Shown here in pieces: positions 47,715-52,384 of a stretch of DNA of 52,384 bases. The position numbers and the translations under genes are program-made. Under the pieces are notes generated by a model. That model was given only the letters and a program-made list of their open reading frames with translations. It was not told the DNA's origin and searched no databases. Source of the stretch: Bacteriovoracaceae bacterium (GTDB lineage: Bacteria > Bdellovibrionota > Bacteriovoracia > Bacteriovoracales > Bacteriovoracaceae); contig CANFNX010000001.1 of the NCBI GenBank assembly GCA_947448495.1, forward strand, positions 1 through 52,384. The letters are read 5' to 3'. Positions within the stretch are counted from its first letter, which is position 1. Each line of letters begins with the position of its first letter.

Positions 47715-48766
47715 CGAGAGCGTGGCTTTCTTAAAATAAGCATACCGTCTCCATACGAAAAAAAACGGTATCTTTTTTCTATCGCATGTTGATAGAGCTC
47801 CAGAACTTTTTCTCGTCCAATCAAGGAGCTCACGAGCATGAGTAATGAAGACTTAGGTAAATGAAAATTCGTCACCAACGCATCGATTGAATGGACTGGC
47901 CTACCTGGATGAAGAAAAATGGAAGTGCTTTTAAGGCCCCCATTGAGGTCAAACTCAATTCCCTTTTCAGCCCAGGAGCTCTCTAGTGTTCTAAGGCTAG
48001 TGGTCCCCACTGCCACAAGACGCTTGGCCTCTTTGATCTTTTTTAAATTTTCCTGGTCGATGGCAAAGAACTCCTCATGCATTTTGTGCTCGAGAATATT
48101 GGCCGCCTTCACTGGAGCAAAGGTTCCTGCTCCTACATGCAGAGTCACTGATGCCAGTGAATGACCTTGCTGGTTTAATTTATCTAAAAGAGATTGCGAG
48201 AAATGCAGACCAGCAGTCGGGGCGGCCACGGATCCCGTCTCACGAGCGTAAACAGTTTGATAGGTTTTCTTATCTAATTCATCACTTTCTCCACCGCGAA
48301 TATAGGGTGGGATTGGGATTTTACCGATGATCTCCAATTGGGTTAGCAACTCCTCATGGGGGAGATTAAATCTTACTAAGAATGTTCCATCGCCACAGAC
48401 CGTCTCTAAAGTCGCCTTCACTCGCCCAAAGTTGAATTCATCCCCCACTTTGCGTTTGCCGGATGCCCGAAGCATACAGGGATAAAGACCTTGCTGATGG
48501 AGAAGAGAGAGAACAAAAACCTCGGCTTCCCCGCCTGAGTTTTTGTGGCCTATCAGCCGGCAGGGAAAGACCCTGGAGCGATTGAACACTAAGGTAGATG
48601 CTGAGGGTAGAAAGTCCCCGATCTGCTCGTAAGTGGAATGAGTGATGAGATCCTGGGCTTCATCATAAACTAAAAGCTTTGAAGAGTGACGGTCGGGTAC
48701 TGGTCGCTCGGCTATAAGCTCCTGGGGCAAATCAAAATCATAACTTTTAAGCTCAAAATCAGTCAT
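47711..48766 (-). CDS. queA: S-adenosylmethionine:tRNA ribosyltransferase-isomerase
   Basis: YDFDLPQELIA, GSVAAPTAGLHF, TLHVGAGTF, TNFHLPKS, YRFFSYGD. Confidence 0.98.
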   Translation of the reverse strand: MTDFELKSYDFDLPQELIAERPVPDRHSSKLLVYDEAQDLITHSTYEQIGDFLPSASTLVFNRSRVFPCRLIGHKNSGGEAEVFVLSLLHQQGLYPCMLRASGKRKVGDEFNFGRVKATLETVCGDGTFLVRFNLPHEELLTQLEIIGKIPIPPYIRGGESDELDKKTYQTVYARETGSVAAPTAGLHFSQSLLDKLNQQGHSLASVTLHVGAGTFAPVKAANILEHKMHEEFFAIDQENLKKIKEAKRLVAVGTTSLRTLESSWAEKGIEFDLNGGLKSTSIFLHPGRPVHSIDALVTNFHLPKSSLLMLVSSLIGREKVLELYQHAIEKRYRFFSYGDGMLILRKPRSR

Positions 48767-48829
48767 TTTTTCATTCTATCTTGTGAAAGCTTCTAAAGGA
48801 TTGCTATTCTTTAACATAGGAGATGCCTT

Positions 48830-49108
48830 ATGTTGAAGATTTTTCTCGTATCGATAATTCTGACCTCTTCTTTAGGAATGGCCCAAGACGCCAGCGAAGA
48901 AGCGATTATTTTAAATCAAGAACTTCAATACTTAGAGGAATCGGCCAATAACGTGAACTTGGGTCAAGGTAGTGCCAACTCGAAGGATGACTTTTCACGG
49001 CCCGTGAGCAAATCAAGAAGTTTAGAAAACGAATACTTTGGAAATGATTCAGAAGAATCCATTTCTACGAAAGCAGCTGCTCCAAAAAGACCAAGACGCA
49101 GTCTTTAG
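48830..49108 (+). CDS. Small secreted hypothetical protein
   Basis: AGGAG RBS; signal peptide; acidic body and basic tail. Confidence 0.7.
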   Translation: MLKIFLVSIILTSSLGMAQDASEEAIILNQELQYLEESANNVNLGQGSANSKDDFSRPVSKSRSLENEYFGNDSEESISTKAAAPKRPRRSL

Positions 49109-49350
49109 GCGAGCGAAAACTTTTTCACAAATCCAAAATACTTCTGAATCAATTCATCCAAGAAGTTTTTCATCGCTATAAAAGTTGGGTAACTCTGAAT
49201 GTTCTCAAGAACCATTTTGAGCATACTTTGAAGAAAGAGAACCACTGGTTCTAAATTAAGCTTTTTAATGACTAGATCAAGCATATCTTTTGCCTCGTGA
49301 ACATCTTTACCTTTAACTACGTAGAGAGGATTTTTAATTTTCTCTTTCAT
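49105..49350 (-). CDS. Small hypothetical protein translationally coupled to ParA
   Basis: ATGA overlap with the ParA stop. Confidence 0.7.
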   Translation of the reverse strand: MKEKIKNPLYVVKGKDVHEAKDMLDLVIKKLNLEPVVLFLQSMLKMVLENIQSYPTFIAMKNFLDELIQKYFGFVKKFSLA

Positions 49351-50207
49351 GAGTGAAGTTCCTTATTCACAGTTTCCGTCATCTGGACAAATTGTCTTTG
49401 GAGATCTTTATATTCAGTAGATTTAAATTGAAAAACAGACTTGCGTTGAGCGAGAGATTTTCCAAATTGAACTTTATTCGTAAAGGCTTCATAAACCGTC
49501 GCCTCACCAAGAGTCTCTTTTATATGCGTGAGATCAGAGCTGGCCTGCTTGCGACGGATATCAAAAAGATTTGGAATATAACCAAGATTTTTTGGAGTCG
49601 AGGTAATTTCCATTTCAGCAATATCCGAAACCACTTGTTGGATATTCTTCAGACCCTGCTCAGAAAAGCGATCAGGAACAAATGGATAAAGCACGCCATC
49701 AGTAGCGCAAAGAATATTCACCACCAAAAGACCTAGCGTTGGTGGACCATCAATCACAATGACATCATATTGAGAGCGAAGTTCGTATTTCTCAATGAAT
49801 TTTTTTAAAATCAACTGACGGGCCCCATTGATGCCGGCAACCGTTAATTCAAAGCCAGAAAGTTCCTGACCTGCAGGAAGAAGATCAATTTGCACTCCCT
49901 CTTCTTGCTCTGTTTTCACCAGAACATCTTGAAGAAGCACTGATGTATGAAGCGCCTTAAGTTCTTTGACCGAATTAATGAGCAAATGATGAATATGATA
50001 GTCTGAAGCTTCCACATCGAAGAGAGAGGTGAAGTTCGCTTGAGGATCCATATCGAGGCAAAGAACTTTTTTTCCTTGATGGGCAAAGGCATGGGCCAAG
50101 TTAAAGGCCATGGTGGTTTTTCCCACACCACCTTTTTGGTTCATAAGAGCAATGACTTTACCTTGAGGAGTTTGAGTCGTCTGATTTGGTTTAAAAAAAG
50201 AAAACAT
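49347..50207 (-). CDS. ParA/Soj family ATPase (orphan)
   Basis: NQKGGVGKTT, DMDPQAN, IDGPPTLG; likely start MFSFF at 50207 after AAGGA. Confidence 0.92.
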   Translation of the reverse strand: MFSFFKPNQTTQTPQGKVIALMNQKGGVGKTTMAFNLAHAFAHQGKKVLCLDMDPQANFTSLFDVEASDYHIHHLLINSVKELKALHTSVLLQDVLVKTEQEEGVQIDLLPAGQELSGFELTVAGINGARQLILKKFIEKYELRSQYDVIVIDGPPTLGLLVVNILCATDGVLYPFVPDRFSEQGLKNIQQVVSDIAEMEITSTPKNLGYIPNLFDIRRKQASSDLTHIKETLGEATVYEAFTNKVQFGKSLAQRKSVFQFKSTEYKDLQRQFVQMTETVNKELHS

Positions 50208-50392
50208 CCGTCTTTCCTTGTTTAGTATGCCAACAAATATGGTCAAAAATGCCGAGAATAAATTCATTGTGCCCGGGGCAGAACTCTTTGTAAATCATCG
50301 AATTTGTGAAGTTTTGGTTAAATAGCCAGAGCTGCTCAGTCACCTATCCCCCACAATCAAGTCAACCCATAATTCTTTATCCGTCCCAAGTC

Positions 50393-50420
50393 TAAGGAAT
50401 TTCACAAAAAGTCCCGATAA
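50393..50420 (+). promoter_or_regulatory. Sigma-28 promoter
   Basis: TAAGG-N16-CCGATAA. Confidence 0.55.
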
Positions 50421-50451
50421 AGCAAGAGACGGAACGAAAAGGAAAGAAACT

Positions 50452-52384
50452 ATGGTCGGTTTCAAATCTATTATTCTCTTGTTTGTACTCCTCTTTTTAG
50501 CGGCGTGTGTGCCGCAAACCAAGCAGACGGAGTGCGGAAGTAATGAAGCATTTAATGCCACACTAAGAACCTGTGTGCCGGTGATGAATGGGCCTAGCTC
50601 GTTTATTGATATTCAATCTTTCTCTCCTACTTCGGCGCTCACAAAATATAAAAATGATCCCACAGTGGTTTCGTTTACAGTGACGATTACCAACCCATAC
50701 GCTCAGACCTATTCTGTTGCCTGGGAGCGAGTTTTCAATGGAGTTCCTGTTAGTTTAACTGCGACAACTTCTGGTGCTACAAGTACATACTCTATGGCCC
50801 CGACTCTTCTGGCTTCGCAAGTGGGGACCCACATTATCACCGCCAAAGTTTTGGATTCAAACAATGAGATCGTTGACTCTCATAGTTTTGAAATCAAGAT
50901 TAACGATAATCCAAAACCCATTATTCAAACGGCGACTGTCTCACCAGCTCTTTATTATTCGAGCTATAATCCAAGTCAATTACCACAAAGCTTTGCTTTC
51001 AATGTTTATAATAATAGTGCCACCATGTCTGGGGCGGGTTATCGAACGGATTGGAAGCTTTATCGATCGGGAGTGTTGATTCAGTCTTTATCTCAAACTT
51101 TCCCGACCACGACTCCTACGGGAAGTTTAAGCAGTACAGGTTATAACTATCCTACGTTTTCATTTGATCCAAGTTCCATTTCTGGGATCACAGTGGTTGG
51201 AGATTACGTCCTCAATGCTCGCGTGACCAATACGGCCAATGAAGTTGTGGCCGAACAGCAATGGAGCATGTCAGTCGCTCATCCAGATCTTAAGAAAGTT
51301 TTACGTCGTGATATTTATGCTTTATCAACGAACCCTGGCTTTACAGCTAACAGTATCGCTTATAACAACATCGCATATACTTCAGCCTCAACTTATAACT
51401 TTATCCCTGCTGCTTTTAGCTCTCAGGGTAATTATTGCGTCACTGTAGAGGATGGAGAAGGAACATATACAGGTGATGGCTATTTTGTTCGAGTTGATTA
51501 TTACATCGATGGAGCAAGTCTCGTTTACAGCACCACCACTGCAGCTTCTTCAAGAGTATGTCTTTCGGATGCAACAGCTGCTGTTTTAAATCTTGTCATG
51601 TTTAGTAACTCCTCATCTTCGTCCACTCAAGCCCACTCCCTTGTGGCACGAGTTGTGGATGAGGCCACTGGGCAAGAGTACACTGCTGCTAATATGAACG
51701 GTTCTCTTGGAACTTATCCTATCACTTGGAACTTTACAGTGAAGCCGGCGAATGCGGCTCCGACGGTGACATTTACCGCCACATCGAATTTGGCCAACAC
51801 GACATGCTCAAGTGCCACGACGACTTCTAAAACATGTAACGTGACTCAGGATCTTCCTTTCACTATTGGTATTAATGCTGTTGATGATTTCTATTCAACC
51901 AGTTCTACCACTGATTCAGTTCAGGCAAAATTCACTTACAATATGGTTCTGATGAGAAATGGCTCACCTGTACCTGGACAAACGTGTAGCAAAACGATCT
52001 CTGATGTCACAGATGGAAATGCTGTTGGCTCAGACTTTGTTGGCCCAGATTATCTATGTGCTTTCAACATCTCTAGTTCTGATGTGAATGGTTCCATCAA
52101 TCCGGCCCTGAATGCTTACAGTGTCTCCATAAACTTTTGCGATCAGGACTCTCCTATTGCAGGAACTAGTGCTGCCTGTGGAACGATGCTAACCTACAAT
52201 TTAATCGTAGCAGAAGCCCAGACGGCCCCTACCATTGTGGCCCAGCAGAACACTTTAGGAAGTATTGGCCCAGATTCATATATTGAAAAAACGACGGCCA
52301 CTGGAACAGTGCTTGACCCAGGGGACTCCGCCGATTTTGCAACTGAAAAAGAATCAGTGAATTTTCATCTTAAAATTTCAGATA
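50452..52384 (+). CDS. Large surface lipoprotein with tandem Ig/cadherin-like domains (partial, absent from the ORF track)
   Basis: Manually translated: MVGFKSIILLFVLLFLAAC lipobox; 644 codons with no stop to the window edge; Ser/Thr-rich beta domains with NDNPKP, NAAPTV and QTAPTI boundaries. Confidence 0.9.
   Translation, partial: MVGFKSIILLFVLLFLAACVPQTKQTECGSNEAFNATLRTCVPVMNGPSSFIDIQSFSPTSALTKYKNDPTVVSFTVTITNPYAQTYSVAWERVFNGVPVSLTATTSGATSTYSMAPTLLASQVGTHIITAKVLDSNNEIVDSHSFEIKINDNPKPIIQTATVSPALYYSSYNPSQLPQSFAFNVYNNSATMSGAGYRTDWKLYRSGVLIQSLSQTFPTTTPTGSLSSTGYNYPTFSFDPSSISGITVVGDYVLNARVTNTANEVVAEQQWSMSVAHPDLKKVLRRDIYALSTNPGFTANSIAYNNIAYTSASTYNFIPAAFSSQGNYCVTVEDGEGTYTGDGYFVRVDYYIDGASLVYSTTTAASSRVCLSDATAAVLNLVMFSNSSSSSTQAHSLVARVVDEATGQEYTAANMNGSLGTYPITWNFTVKPANAAPTVTFTATSNLANTTCSSATTTSKTCNVTQDLPFTIGINAVDDFYSTSSTTDSVQAKFTYNMVLMRNGSPVPGQTCSKTISDVTDGNAVGSDFVGPDYLCAFNISSSDVNGSINPALNAYSVSINFCDQDSPIAGTSAACGTMLTYNLIVAEAQTAPTIVAQQNTLGSIGPDSYIEKTTATGTVLDPGDSADFATEKESVNFHLKISD

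Noticed and set aside
350-51448. Numerous short ORFs nested in or antisense to long genes (e.g. 13439-13891, 42833-43180, 49353-49736, 50774-51079)
   Set aside because: They overlap well-supported genes and lack motifs or RBSs; treated as shadow ORFs

Overview
A compact, AT-rich bacterial chromosomal segment. The many small signal-peptide proteins, Cys-rich lipoproteins and sigma-28-like promoters suggest a predatory Bdellovibrionota (Bacteriovoracaceae-like) genome; this is inference, not a database result. Housekeeping genes: tRNA-Cys(GCA), ihfB, an APC permease, tgt-yajC-tatA, secD-secF, queA and an orphan ParA. Four accessory blocks stand out. (1) An AT-rich islet after tRNA-Cys (4137-~8580) with an ORF6N gene followed by two related palindromes, a double-glycine-leader peptide precursor, and a secreted R-S-ExE ADP-ribosyltransferase that shares a 40-bp upstream repeat and a downstream hairpin with the next gene. 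(2) A 1049-aa secreted toxin-like protein, divergent from four exported proteins (one ankyrin) and an NlpC/P60 hydrolase. (3) A four-gene YtkA/redoxin/outer-membrane-barrel operon, probably for metal handling. (4) The main candidate novel system: a tightly coupled ~14 kb, 10-gene cluster (33493-47714) lying between tgt and queA. It encodes a lipid kinase, an SDR, an acyl-ACP-reductase-like fusion, an MBL hydrolase, a P450, an OleC-like adenylation domain fused to a UbiA-like domain, a PEP-synthase/rifampin-phosphotransferase-like enzyme, a GNAT and a BtaA-like (DUF3419) enzyme, and probably makes an unknown lipid. A large surface lipoprotein missing from the ORF track starts at 50452 and runs off the window. 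All family calls come from motifs read by eye.
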